64,000 nucleotides of DNA. It comes from Eledone cirrhosa (taxonomy: Eukaryota). This document shows positions 10,714 to 21,263 of the stretch, one piece after another. How positions within the stretch are numbered: position 1 is the first letter of the stretch; the number at the start of each line of letters is the position of its first letter. The position numbers were made by a program, and so were the translations under genes. The stretch spans positions 70,928,001 through 70,992,000 of the forward strand of contig OZ024746.1 in NCBI GenBank assembly GCA_964016885.1. The letters run 5' to 3'. Under the pieces are notes generated by a model. It saw only the letters and a program-made list of their open reading frames with translations. It did not search any database and was not told where the DNA came from.

Positions 10714-13700
10714 TACTGTTGTGGCTGTGGGTACTGTTGTGGTTGTGGGTGCTGTTGTAGTTGTGTCTGTGGGTGCTGTTGTTGTGGTTGTGGGCAATGT
10801 TGTGGTTGTGGGTGCTGTTGTTGTGGGTGTTGTAGTTGTGGGTGTTGTAGTTGTGGTTGTGGGCACTGTTGTTGTGGTTGTGGGTGCTGTTGTTGTAGTT
10901 GTGGGTGCTGTTGTTGTGGTTGTGGGTGCTGTTGTTGTGGTTGTGGGCAATGTTGTGGTTGTGGGTGCTGTTGTTGTGGTTGTGGGCAATGTTGTGGTTG
11001 TGGGCAATGTTGTAGTTGTGGGTGCTGTTGTTGTGGATGTGGGTGCTGTTGTTGTAGTTGTGGGCACTGTTGTTGTAGTTGTGGGTGTTGTTGTAGTTGT
11101 GGGTGTTGTAGTTGTGGTTGTGGGCAATGTTGTTGTGGTTGTGGGCAATGTTGTTGTAGTTGTGGGTGCTGTTGTTGTAGTTGTAGGTGCTGTTGTTGTG
11201 GTTGTTGGCAATGTTGTGGTTGTGGGTGCTGTTGTTGTGGTTGTGGGCAATGTTGTGGTTGTGGGTGCTGTTGTTGTAGTTGTGGGTGCTGTTGTTGTAG
11301 TTGTGGGTGCTGTTGTTGTGGTTGTTGGCAATGTTGTGGTTGTGGGTGCTGTTGTTGTGGTTGTGGGCAATGTTGTGGTTGTGGGTGCTGTTGTTGTGGT
11401 TGTGGGTGCTGTTGTTGTGGTTGTGGGTGCTGTTGTTGTGGTTGTTGGCAATGTTGTGGTTGTGGGTGCTGTTGTTGTGGTTGTGGGCAATGTTGTGGTT
11501 GTGGGTGCTGTTGTTGTGGTTGTGGGTGCTGTTGTTGTAGTTGTGGGTGCTGTTGTTGTAGTTGTGGGCACTGTTGTTGTAGTTGTGGGTGCTGTTGTTG
11601 TGGTTGTTGGCAATGTTGTGGTTGTGGGTGCTGTTGTTGTGGTTGTGGGCAATGTTGTGGTTGTGGGTGCTGTTGTTGTGGTTGTGGGTGCTGTTGTTGT
11701 AGTTGTGGGTGCTGTTGTTGTGGTTGTGGGTGCTGTTGTTGTAGTTGTGGGTGCTGTTGTTGTAGTTGTGGGTGCTGTTGTTGTAGTTGTGGGTGCTGTT
11801 GTTGTAGTTGTGGGCGCTGTTGTTGTAGTTGTGGGCACTGTTGTTGTAGTTGTGGGTGCTGTTGTTGTAGTTGTGGGTGCTGTTGTTGTAGTTGTGGGTG
11901 CTGTTGTTGTAGTTGTGGGTGCTGTTGTTGTAGTTGTGGGTGCTGTTGTTGTAGTTGTGGGCGCTGTTGTTGTAGTTGTGGGTGCTGTTGTTGTAGTTGT
12001 GGGTGCTGTTGTTGTAGTTGTGGGTGCTGTTGTTGTAGTTGTGGGCGCTGTTGTTGTAGTTGTGGGCACTGTTGTTGTAGTTGTGGGTGCTGTTGTTGTA
12101 GTTGTAGGTGCTGTTGTTGTAGTTGTGGGTGCTGTTGTTGTAGTTGTGGGTGCTGTTGTTGTAGTTGTGGGTGCTGTTGTTGTAGTTGTGGGTGCTGTTG
12201 TTGTAGTTGTGGGCGCTGTTGTTGTAGTTGTGGGCGCTGTTGTTGTAGTTGTGGGCACTGTTGTTGTAGTTGTGGGTGCTGTTGTTGTAGTTGTGGGTGC
12301 TGTTGTTGTAGTTGTGGGTGCTGTTGTTGTAGTTGTGGGCGCTGTTGTTGTAGTTGTGGGTGCTGTTGTTGTAGTTGTGGGTGCTGTTGTTGTAGTTGTG
12401 GGTGCTGTTGTAGTTGTGGGTGTTGTAGTTGTAGTTGTGGGCAATGTTGTTGTGGTTGTGGGCAATGTTGTTGTAGTTGTGGGTGCTGTTGTTGTAGTTG
12501 TGGGCACTGTTGTTGTAGTTGTGGGTGCTGTTGTTGTAGTTGTGGGTACTGTTGTTGTAGTTGTGGGTGCTGTTGTTGTAGTTGTGGGTGCTGTTGTTGT
12601 AGTTGTGGGTGCTGTTGTTGTAGTTGTGGGTGCTGTTGTTGTAGTTGTGGGTGTTGTAGTTGTAGTTGTGGGCAATGTTGTTGTGGTTGTGGGCAATGTT
12701 GTTGTAGTTGTGGGTGCTGTTGTTGTAGTTGTGGGTGCTGTTGTTGTAGTTGTGGGTGCTGTTGTAGTTGTGGGTGCTGTTGTTGTAGTTGTGGGCACTG
12801 TTGTTGTAGTTGTGGGTGCTGTTGTTGTAGTTGTGGGTGCTGTTGTTGTAGTTGTGGGTGCTGTTGTAGTTGTGGGTGTTGTAGTTGTGGTTGTGGGCAA
12901 TGTTGTTGTGGTTGTGGGCAATGTTGTTGTAGTTGTGGGTGCTGTTGTTGTAGTTGTGGGTGCTGTTGTTGTGGTTGTTGGCAATGTTGTGGTTGTGGGT
13001 GCTGTTGTTGTGGTTGTGGGCAATGTTGTGGTTGTGGGTGCTGTTGTTGTGGTTGTGGGTGCTGTTGTTGTAGTTGTGGGTGCTGTTGTTGTAGTTGTGG
13101 GTGCTGTTGTTGTAGTTGTGGGTGCTGTGGTTGTGGGTGCTGTTGTTGTGGTTGTGGGCAATGTTGTTGTGGTTGTGGGTTCTGTTGTTGTAGTTGTGGG
13201 TGCTGTTGTTGTGGTTGTGGGTGCTGTTGTTGTAGTTGTGGGTGCTGTTGTTGTAGTTGTGGGTACTGTTGTTGTAGTTGTGGGTGCTGTTGTTGTGGGT
13301 GTTGTAGTTGTGGGTACTGTTGTTGTAGTTGTGGGAGCTGTTGTTGTAGTTGTGGGTGCTGTTGTTGTGGTTGTGGGTGCTGTTGTTGTGGTTGTGGGAG
13401 CTGTTGTTGTGGTTGTGGGTGCTGTTGTTGTGGTTGTGGGAGCTGTTGTTGTGGTTGTGGGTGCTGTTGTTGTGGTTGTGGGTACTGTTGTTGTAGTTGT
13501 GGGTGCTGTTGTTGTGGGTGTTGTAGTTGTGGGTACTGTTGTTGTAGTTGTGGGTGCTGTTGTTGTGGTTGTGGGTGCTGTTGTTGTGGTTGTGGGTGCT
13601 GTTGTTGTGGGTGTTGTAGTTGTGGGTACTGTTGTTGTAGTTGTGGGTACTGTTGTTGTAGTTGTGGGTGCTGTTGTTGTAGTTGTGGGTGCTGTTGTTG

Positions 13701-16700
13701 TGGTTGTGGGTGCTGTTGTTGTGGTTGTGGGAGCTGTTGTTGTAGTTGTGGGTGCTGTTGTTGTAGTTGTGGGTGCTGTTGTTGTGGTTGTGGGAGCTGT
13801 TGTTGTGGTTGTGGGTGCTGTTGTTGTGGTTGTGGGTGCTGTTGTTGTAGTTGTGGGTGCTGTTGTTGTAGTTGTGGGTGCTGTTGTTGTAGTTGTGGGC
13901 GCTGTTGTTGTGGTTGTGGGTGCTGTTGTTGTGGTTGTGGGTGCTGTTGTTGTAGTTGTGGGCACTGTTGTTGTGGTTGTGGGTACTGTTGTTGTAGTTG
14001 TGGGTGCTGTTGTTGTAGTTGTGGGTGCTGTTGTTGTGGTTGTGGGTGCTGTTGTTGTGGTTGTGGGTGCTGTTGTTGTGGTTGTGGGAGCTGTTGTTGT
14101 GGTTGTGGGTGCTGTTGTTGTGGTTGTGGGTGCTGTTGTTGTAGTTGTGGGTGCTGTTGTTGTGGTTGTGGGTACTGTTGTTGTGGTTGTGGGTGCTGTT
14201 GTTGTAGTTGTGGGCGCTGTTGTTGTGGTTGTGGGTGCTGTTGTTGTGGTTGTGGGTGCTGTTGTTGTAGTTGTGGGTGCTGTTGTTGTGGTTGTGGGTG
14301 CTGTTGTTGTAGTTGTGGGTACTGTTGTTGTAGTTGTGGGTGCTGTTGTTGTAGTTGTGGGTGCTGTTGTTGTAGTTGTGGGCGCTGTTGTTGTAGTTGT
14401 GGGCACTGTTGTTGTAGTTGTGGGTGCTGTTGTTGTAGTTGTAGGTGCTGTTGTTGTAGTTGTGGGTGCTGTTGTTGTAGTTGTGGGTGCTGTTGTTGTA
14501 GTTGTGGGTGCTGTTGTTGTAGTTGTGGGTGCTGTTGTTGTAGTTGTGGGTGCTGTTGTTGTAGTTGTGGGCGCTGTTGTTGTAGTTGTGGGCGCTGTTG
14601 TTGTAGTTGTGGGCACTGTTGTTGTAGTTGTGGGTGCTGTTGTTGTAGTTGTGGGTGCTGTTGTTGTAGTTGTGGGTGCTGTTGTTGTAGTTGTGGGCGC
14701 TGTTGTTGTAGTTGTGGGTGCTGTTGTTGTAGTTGTGGGTGCTGTTGTTGTAGTTGTGGGTGCTGTTGTAGTTGTGGGTGTTGTAGTTGTAGTTGTGGGC
14801 AATGTTGTTGTGGTTGTGGGCAATGTTGTTGTAGTTGTGGGTGCTGTTGTTGTAGTTGTGGGCACTGTTGTTGTAGTTGTGGGTGCTGTTGTTGTAGTTG
14901 TGGGTACTGTTGTTGTAGTTGTGGGTGCTGTTGTTGTAGTTGTGGGTGCTGTTGTTGTAGTTGTGGGTGCTGTTGTTGTAGTTGTGGGTGCTGTTGTTGT
15001 AGTTGTGGGTGTTGTAGTTGTAGTTGTGGGCAATGTTGTTGTGGTTGTGGGCAATGTTGTTGTAGTTGTGGGTGCTGTTGTTGTAGTTGTGGGTGCTGTT
15101 GTTGTAGTTGTGGGTGCTGTTGTAGTTGTGGGTGCTGTTGTTGTAGTTGTGGGCACTGTTGTTGTAGTTGTGGGTGCTGTTGTTGTAGTTGTGGGTGCTG
15201 TTGTTGTAGTTGTGGGTGCTGTTGTAGTTGTGGGTGTTGTAGTTGTGGTTGTGGGCAATGTTGTTGTGGTTGTGGGCAATGTTGTTGTAGTTGTGGGTGC
15301 TGTTGTTGTAGTTGTGGGTGCTGTTGTTGTGGTTGTTGGCAATGTTGTGGTTGTGGGTGCTGTTGTTGTGGTTGTGGGCAATGTTGTGGTTGTGGGTGCT
15401 GTTGTTGTGGTTGTGGGTGCTGTTGTTGTAGTTGTGGGTGCTGTTGTTGTAGTTGTGGGTGCTGTTGTTGTAGTTGTGGGTGCTGTGGTTGTGGGTGCTG
15501 TTGTTGTGGTTGTGGGCAATGTTGTTGTGGTTGTGGGTTCTGTTGTTGTAGTTGTGGGTGCTGTTGTTGTGGTTGTGGGTGCTGTTGTTGTAGTTGTGGG
15601 TGCTGTTGTTGTAGTTGTGGGTACTGTTGTTGTAGTTGTGGGTGCTGTTGTTGTGGGTGTTGTAGTTGTGGGTACTGTTGTTGTAGTTGTGGGAGCTGTT
15701 GTTGTAGTTGTGGGTGCTGTTGTTGTGGTTGTGGGTGCTGTTGTTGTGGTTGTGGGAGCTGTTGTTGTGGTTGTGGGTGCTGTTGTTGTGGTTGTGGGAG
15801 CTGTTGTTGTGGTTGTGGGTGCTGTTGTTGTGGTTGTGGGTACTGTTGTTGTAGTTGTGGGTGCTGTTGTTGTGGGTGTTGTAGTTGTGGGTACTGTTGT
15901 TGTAGTTGTGGGTGCTGTTGTTGTGGTTGTGGGTGCTGTTGTTGTGGTTGTGGGTGCTGTTGTTGTGGGTGTTGTAGTTGTGGGTACTGTTGTTGTAGTT
16001 GTGGGTACTGTTGTTGTAGTTGTGGGTGCTGTTGTTGTAGTTGTGGGTGCTGTTGTTGTGGTTGTGGGTGCTGTTGTTGTGGTTGTGGGTGCTGTTGTTG
16101 TGGTTGTGGGAGCTGTTGTTGTAGTTGTGGGTGCTGTTGTTGTAGTTGTGGGTGCTGTTGTTGTGGTTGTGGGAGCTGTTGTTGTGGTTGTGGGTGCTGT
16201 TGTTGTGGTTGTGGGTGCTGTTGTTGTAGTTGTGGGTGCTGTTGTTGTAGTTGTGGGTGCTGTTGTTGTAGTTGTGGGCGCTGTTGTTGTGGTTGTGGGT
16301 GCTGTTGTTGTGGTTGTGGGTGCTGTTGTTGTAGTTGTGGGCACTGTTGTTGTGGTTGTGGGTACTGTTGTTGTAGTTGTGGGTGCTGTTGTTGTAGTTG
16401 TGGGTGCTGTTGTTGTGGTTGTGGGTGCTGTTGTTGTGGTTGTGGGTGCTGTTGTTGTGGTTGTGGGAGCTGTTGTTGTGGTTGTGGGTGCTGTTGTTGT
16501 GGTTGTGGGTGCTGTTGTTGTAGTTGTGGGTGCTGTTGTTGTGGTTGTGGGTACTGTTGTTGTGGTTGTGGGTGCTGTTGTTGTAGTTGTGGGCGCTGTT
16601 GTTGTGGTTGTGGGTGCTGTTGTTGTGGTTGTGGGTGCTGTTGTTGTAGTTGTGGGTGCTGTTGTTGTGGTTGTGGGTGCTGTTGTTGTAGTTGTGGGTA

Positions 16701-19059
16701 CTGTTGTTGTAGTTGTGGGTGCTGTTGTTGTGGTTGTGGGTGCTGTTGTTGTAGTTGTGGGTGCTGTTGTTGTAGTTGTGGGTACTGTTGTTGTAGTTGT
16801 GGGTGCTGTTGTTGTGGGTGTTGTAGTTGTGGGTACTGTTGTTGTAGTTGTGGGTGCTGTTGTTGTAGTTGTGGGTGCTGTTGTTGTAGTTGTGGGTGCT
16901 GTTGTTGTAGTTGTGGGTGCTGTTGTTGTGGGTGTTGTAGTTGTGGGTGCTGTTGTTGTAGTTGTGGGTGCTGTTGTTGTAGTTGTGGGTGCTGTTGTTG
17001 TGGTTGTGGGTGCTGTTGTTGTAGTTGTGGGTGCTGTTGTTGTAGTTGTGGGTGCTGTTGTTGTAGTTGTGGGTGCTGTTGTTGTAGTTGTGGGTGCTGT
17101 TGTTGTGGTTGTGGGTGCTGTTGTTGTAGTTGTGGGTGCTGTTGTTGTGGTTGTGGGTGCTGTTGTTGTAGTTGTGGGTGCTGTTGTTGTGGGTGTTGTA
17201 GTTGTGGGTACTGTTGTTGTAGTTGTGGGTGCTGTTGTTGTAGTTGTGGGTGCTGTTGTTGTGGTTGTGGGCAATGTTGTGGTTGTGGGTGCTGTTGTTG
17301 TGGGTGTTGTAGTTGTGGTTGTGGGTGCTGTTGTTGTGGTTGTGGGAGCTGTTGTTGTGGTTGTGGGTACTGTTGTTGTAGTTGTGGGTGCTGTTGTTGT
17401 AGTTGTGGGTGCTGTTGTTGTAGTTGTGGGTGCTGTTGTTGTGGTTGTGGGTGCTGTTGTTGTAGTTGTGGGTGCTGTTGTTGTGGTTGTGGGTGCTGTT
17501 GTTGTAGTTGTGGGTGCTGTTGTTGTGGGTGTTGTAGTTGTGGGTACTGTTGTTGTAGTTGTGGGTGCTGTTGTTGTGGTTGTGGGCAATGTTGTGGTTG
17601 TGGGTGCTGTTGTTGTGGGTGTTGTAGTTGTGGTTGTGGGTGCTGTTGTTGTGGTTGTGGGAGCTGTTGTTGTGGTTGTGGGTACTGTTGTTGTAGTTGT
17701 GGGTGCTGTTGTTGTAGTTGTGGGTGCTGTTGTTGTGGTTGTGGGCAATGTTGTGGTTGTGGGTGCTGTTGTTGTGGGTGTTGTAGTTGTGGTTGTGGGT
17801 GCTGTTGTTGTGGTTGTGGGTACTGTTGTTGTGGTTGTGGGTACTGTTGTTGTAGTTGTGGGTGCTGTTGTTGTAGTTGTGGGTGCTGTTGTTGTGGTTG
17901 TGGGCAATGTTGTGGTTGTGGGAGCTGTTGTTGTTGTTGTGGGTGTTGTAGTTGTGGTTGTGGGTGCTGTTGTTGTAGTTGTGGGAGCTGTTGTTGTAGT
18001 TGTGGGTGCTGTAGTTGTGGTTGTGGGTACTGTTGTTGTAGTTGTGGGTACTGTTGTTGTAGTTGTGGGCAATGTTGTGGTTGTGGGAGCTGTTGTTGTT
18101 GTTGTGGGTGTTGTAGTTGTGGTTGTGGGTGCTGTTGTTGTAGTTGTGGGAGCTGTTGTTGTAGTTGTGGGTGCTGTTGTTGTAGTTGTGGGTACTGTTG
18201 TTGTGGTTGTGGGAGCTGTTGTTGTGGTTGTGGGTACTGTTGTTGTAGTTGTGGGTACTGTTGTTGTGGTTGTGGGAGCTGTTGTTGTGGTTGTGGGTAC
18301 TGTTGTTGTGGTTGTGGGAGCTGTTGTTGTGGTTGTGGGTACTGTTGTTGTAGTTGTGGGTACTGTTGTTGTGGTTGTGGGTGCTGTTGTTGTGGTTGTG
18401 GGTACTGTTGTTGTAGTTGTGGGCACTGTTGTTGTGGTTGTGGGTGCTGTTGTTGTAGTTGTGGGTACTGTTGTTGTAGTTGTGGGTGCTGTTGTTGTAG
18501 TTGTGGGTACTGTTGTTGTGGTTGTGGGAGCTGTTGTTGTGGTTGTGGGTACTGTTGTTGTAGTTGTGGGTACTGTTGTTGTGGTTGTGGGAGCTGTTGT
18601 GGTTGTGGGCAATGTTGTTGTGTTTGTGGGTACTGTTGTTGTAGTTGTGGGTGCTGTTGTTGTGGTTGTGGGCAATGTTGTGGTTGTGGGTGTGGGTACT
18701 GTTGTTGTAGTTGTGGGTACTGTTGTTGTGGTTGTGGGAGCTGTTGTTGTGGGTACTGTTGTTGTAGTTGTGGGTACTGTTGTTGTAGTTGTGGGTGCTG
18801 TTGTTGTGGTTGTGGGTGCTGTTGTTGTGGTTGTGGGCACTGTTGTTGTGGTTGTGGGTACTGTTGTTGTAGTTGTGGGTACTGTTGTTGTAGTTGTGGG
18901 TGCTGTTGTTGTGGTTGTGGGCACTGTTGTTGTGGTTGTGGCTGTTGTGTTTGGTGTGGTTGTTGTAGTTGCTGCAAATATGGTTGTTTTGGTTGTTTTA
19001 TTTGTGCTTGTGGTTAAAGTGTCAGTAGCTGTAATGGTTGTTGTTGTTGTTCTGCGCAT
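10675..19059 (-). CDS. Possible mucin-like PTS (PTTTTTA)n domain/exon
   Basis: Open for ~2800 codons; unit variants ACT/ACC, GCA/GCT/GCG, GTA/GTG and CCC/CCT/CCA are synonymous only in the Thr frame. No signal peptide or other exons were found, and the stop lies inside a SINE. Confidence 0.4.
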   Translation of the reverse strand: MRRTTTTTITATDTLTTSTNKTTKTTIFAATTTTTPNTTATTTTTVPTTTTTAPTTTTTVPTTTTTVPTTTTTVPTTTTTAPTTTTTAPTTTTTVPTTTTTVPTTTAPTTTTTVPTTTTTVPTPTTTTLPTTTTTAPTTTTTVPTNTTTLPTTTTAPTTTTTVPTTTTTVPTTTTTAPTTTTTVPTTTTTAPTTTTTVPTTTTTAPTTTTTVPTTTTTVPTTTTTAPTTTTTVPTTTTTVPTTTTTAPTTTTTVPTTTTTAPTTTTTVPTTTTTVPTTTTTAPTTTTTVPTTTTTAPTTTTTAPTTTTTAPTTTTTTPTTTTTAPTTTTLPTTTTTVPTTTTTVPTTTTTAPTTTTTAPTTTTTAPTTTTTTPTTTTTAPTTTTLPTTTTTAPTTTTTAPTTTTTVPTTTTTVPTTTTTAPTTTTTTPTTTAPTTTTLPTTTTTAPTTTTTAPTTTTTVPTTTTTAPTTTTTAPTTTTTTPTTTAPTTTTLPTTTTTAPTTTTTVPTTTTPTTTAPTTTTTAPTTTTTAPTTTTTAPTTTTTAPTTTTTAPTTTTTAPTTTTTVPTTTTTAPTTTTTAPTTTTTTPTTTAPTTTTLPTTTTTAPTTTTTAPTTTTTVPTTTTPTTTAPTTTTTAPTTTTTAPTTTTTAPTTTTTAPTTTTTAPTTTTTAPTTTTTAPTTTTTAPTTTTTAPTTTTTAPTTTTTAPTTTTPTTTAPTTTTTAPTTTTTAPTTTTTAPTTTTTVPTTTTPTTTAPTTTTTVPTTTTTAPTTTTTAPTTTTTAPTTTTTVPTTTTTAPTTTTTAPTTTTTAPTTTTTAPTTTTTAPTTTTTAPTTTTTVPTTTTTAPTTTTTAPTTTTTAPTTTTTAPTTTTTAPTTTTTAPTTTTTAPTTTTTAPTTTTTVPTTTTTVPTTTTTAPTTTTTAPTTTTTAPTTTTTAPTTTTTAPTTTTTAPTTTTTAPTTTTTAPTTTTTAPTTTTTAPTTTTTAPTTTTTAPTTTTTAPTTTTTAPTTTTTAPTTTTTVPTTTTTVPTTTTPTTTAPTTTTTAPTTTTTAPTTTTTVPTTTTPTTTAPTTTTTVPTTTTTAPTTTTTAPTTTTTAPTTTTTAPTTTTTAPTTTTTAPTTTTTAPTTTTTVPTTTTPTTTAPTTTTTVPTTTTTAPTTTTTAPTTTTTAPTTTTTEPTTTTTLPTTTTTAPTTTAPTTTTTAPTTTTTAPTTTTTAPTTTTTAPTTTTLPTTTTTAPTTTTLPTTTTTAPTTTTTAPTTTTTLPTTTTTLPTTTTTTPTTTTAPTTTTTAPTTTTTAPTTTTTVPTTTTTAPTTTTAPTTTTTAPTTTTTAPTTTTTLPTTTTTLPTTTTTTPTTTTTAPTTTTTAPTTTTTAPTTTTTAPTTTTTVPTTTTTAPTTTTTVPTTTTTAPTTTTTLPTTTTTLPTTTTTTPTTTTAPTTTTTAPTTTTTAPTTTTTAPTTTTTAPTTTTTAPTTTTTAPTTTTTVPTTTTTAPTTTTTAPTTTTTAPTTTTTAPTTTTTAPTTTTTAPTTTTTAPTTTTTAPTTTTTAPTTTTTVPTTTTTAPTTTTTAPTTTTTAPTTTTTVPTTTTTAPTTTTTAPTTTTTAPTTTTTAPTTTTTAPTTTTTAPTTTTTVPTTTTTAPTTTTTAPTTTTTAPTTTTTAPTTTTTAPTTTTTAPTTTTTAPTTTTTAPTTTTTVPTTTTTVPTTTTTAPTTTTTAPTTTTTAPTTTTTAPTTTTTAPTTTTTAPTTTTTAPTTTTTAPTTTTTAPTTTTTAPTTTTTAPTTTTTAPTTTTTAPTTTTTAPTTTTTVPTTTTTVPTTTTPTTTAPTTTTTAPTTTTTAPTTTTTVPTTTTPTTTAPTTTTTVPTTTTTAPTTTTTAPTTTTTAPTTTTTAPTTTTTAPTTTTTAPTTTTTAPTTTTTVPTTTTPTTTAPTTTTTVPTTTTTAPTTTTTAPTTTTTAPTTTTTEPTTTTTLPTTTTTAPTTTAPTTTTTAPTTTTTAPTTTTTAPTTTTTAPTTTTLPTTTTTAPTTTTLPTTTTTAPTTTTTAPTTTTTLPTTTTTLPTTTTTTPTTTTAPTTTTTAPTTTTTAPTTTTTVPTTTTTAPTTTTAPTTTTTAPTTTTTAPTTTTTLPTTTTTLPTTTTTTPTTTTTAPTTTTTAPTTTTTAPTTTTTAPTTTTTVPTTTTTAPTTTTTVPTTTTTAPTTTTTLPTTTTTLPTTTTTTPTTTTAPTTTTTAPTTTTTAPTTTTTAPTTTTTAPTTTTTAPTTTTTAPTTTTTVPTTTTTAPTTTTTAPTTTTTAPTTTTTAPTTTTTAPTTTTTAPTTTTTAPTTTTTAPTTTTTVPTTTTTAPTTTTTAPTTTTTAPTTTTTAPTTTTTAPTTTTTAPTTTTTAPTTTTTAPTTTTTAPTTTTTAPTTTTTVPTTTTTAPTTTTTAPTTTTTAPTTTTTAPTTTTTAPTTTTTAPTTTTTAPTTTTTAPTTTTLPTTTTTAPTTTTLPTTTTTAPTTTTTVPTTTTTAPTTTTTAPTTTTTAPTTTTLPTTTTTAPTTTTLPTTTTTAPTTTTTAPTTTTTAPTTTTLPTTTTTAPTTTTLPTTTTTAPTTTTTAPTTTTTAPTTTTLPTTTTTAPTTTTLPTTTTTAPTTTTTAPTTTTTLPTTTTTLPTTTTTTPTTTTTPTTTTTVPTTTTTAPTSTTTAPTTTTLPTTTTLPTTTTTAPTTTTLPTTTTTAPTTTTTAPTTTTTAPTTTTTVPTTTTTTPTTTTPTTTAPTTTTLPTTTTTAPTDTTTTAPTTTTVPTATTVIIVSTLDTRPVI
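10714..18971 (-). repeat. 8.3-kb minisatellite, 21-bp unit (ACA ACY ACA ACA ACA GCA CCC) with 15/18-bp variants
   Basis: Directly visible tandem array; length variants are multiples of 3. Confidence 0.97.
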
Positions 19060-19513
19060 TGCTATTCTGTGGTTGTTGCAGTGGTTGTTGTTATTGCTGC
19101 TATTGATGATAATTGATAGAATCTTTAAGCAATCTGACAAATGCTTTGTATTTTTAGCATGTTTTGAGTTGGAATGCTGCCGAGATCAAAAATAGTTGAT
19201 AAAATAAAGTACCAGTTATGTGCTGGGGTCAAATTTATTGATTTTCCCTTTCCCCTCTAATGGCTACCTTTCTATCTAAATTAAAAATAATTATCTTGAA
19301 GAACTTCTGTGTATATGTATACATGTGTGTATGTGTATATGTGCATATGTATGTGTATGTATACGTATGTGTGAGTATGTATGTATATATATATATATGT
19401 ATGTATGTATATATATATGTATGTATGTATGTATGTATATATATATATATGTATGTATGTATATATATGTATGTATGTATGTATGTAAATATATGTATGT
19501 ATGTATGTAAATA

Positions 19514-20650
19514 TGAATGGAGTTTAGTGAGGAATTCCAGATACAAGTAGGAGTATATCAGGGTTCGGTCCTCAGCCCGCTCTTGTTCATTATGGTCCTC
19601 CAAGCCATAACAGAGGAGTTTAAGACTGGGTGTCCATGGGAACTTCTCTATGCTGACGATCTGGCTCTTATGGCAGAATCAGTAGAGGAGCTAGAGAATA
19701 AATTCCGGCTATGGAAACAGCAGTTGGAAGCAAGAGGACTGAGAGTAAATCTAGCTAAGACGGGAGTGTTGATGAGTGGAAAAGAGGACAAAACCCTGAT
19801 TCCGTCAGGGAAATGGCCATGTTCGATATGCAGAAAGGGGGCTGGCATAAATTCTATAAAATGCACACAATGTAGGTCCTGGGTACACAAGAGATGTAGC
19901 GGGATAGCAGGCAAACTAACAGGTAGTGAGAAATATGTATGCAGTAGATGTACAGGGAAATTAGACAGTAGAAGTCGCACTGATAGACACATTTTTCAAA
20001 TGCGAGAGGGCGCTATAGAAGTGGTGGATAGCTTCCGGTACCTAGGAGATCAGATTAGCATGGGAGGAGGGTGTTCCGAGGCCATAGTATCTAGAATAAG
20101 GACGGGTTGGAAGAAGTTTAGGGAGCTGCTTCCTCTGTTGACGAAGAAGGGTTTCTCCCTGCGTACGAAAGGCCGGTTGTATGATGCCTGTGTGAGGAGC
20201 GCGATGCTGCATGGTAGTGAGACATGGGCAGCTACCGCAGAAGATATGCGACGGCTGGAGAGAAATGAGGCAAGCATACTCCGTTGGATGTGCAGTGTAA
20301 ATGTGCGTGAACGACCCAGCATAAATGTGTTGAGAGAGAAACTGTGTCTGAGAGGGATAGAATGTAGTGTACGGGAGAGGAGACTGAGGTGGTATGGACA
20401 TGTGATGCGCATGGAGGATGACCGATGGGTGAAGAAGTGCCAGGAAATGCCAGTTGAAGGAAGACGTAGTAGAGGTAGACCACGAAAAACATGGGCGGAG
20501 GTGGTGAGAACAGACCTCAGATCATTGAAGCTCACGGTGGAGATGACGAGGGACCGTGACGAGTGGAGAGATGCTGTGCTGAATAAGACCCGTCCCACCC
20601 TTGAAAGCAGGGAAAAGCGGACGTAAAATGATGATGATGATGATGATGAT
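19514..20650 (+). mobile_element. 5'-truncated RTE-clade LINE (ORF 19517-20626: RT C-terminal half, internal C4HC3 zinc finger), (ATG)n tail
   Basis: [43 protein letters not shown] and [12 protein letters not shown] motifs; uninterrupted 369-aa frame; short 3' end with a trinucleotide tail typical of RTE. Confidence 0.95.
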
Positions 20651-20653
20651 ATG

Positions 20654-20808
<155 letters not shown>

Positions 20809-20926
20809 GTATGTATATATATATATATACTATTCTAACACATATATATCCTAGAAACGATCGTTAAATAATGAACTTTTTTTGTTTAATATAAGGAATT
20901 GTTTATTCATTATTTGTTTAATATTT

Positions 20927-21071
<145 letters not shown>

Positions 21072-21106
21072 ATATATGTATATATATATGTATGTATATA
21101 TATATG

Positions 21107-21137
<31 letters not shown>

Positions 21138-21232
21138 ATATATATGTATGTATATATATATGTATGTATATATATATGTATGTATATGTATGTATATATA
21201 TATATGTATGTATATATATATATGTATGTATG

Positions 21233-21263
<31 letters not shown>

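Noticed and set aside
10691-19195. Poly-Val ORF (+) and poly-Gln ORF (-) over the minisatellite
   Set aside because: Alternative frames of the same repeat. The Val ORF is the antisense mirror, and common variants are non-synonymous in the Gln frame.
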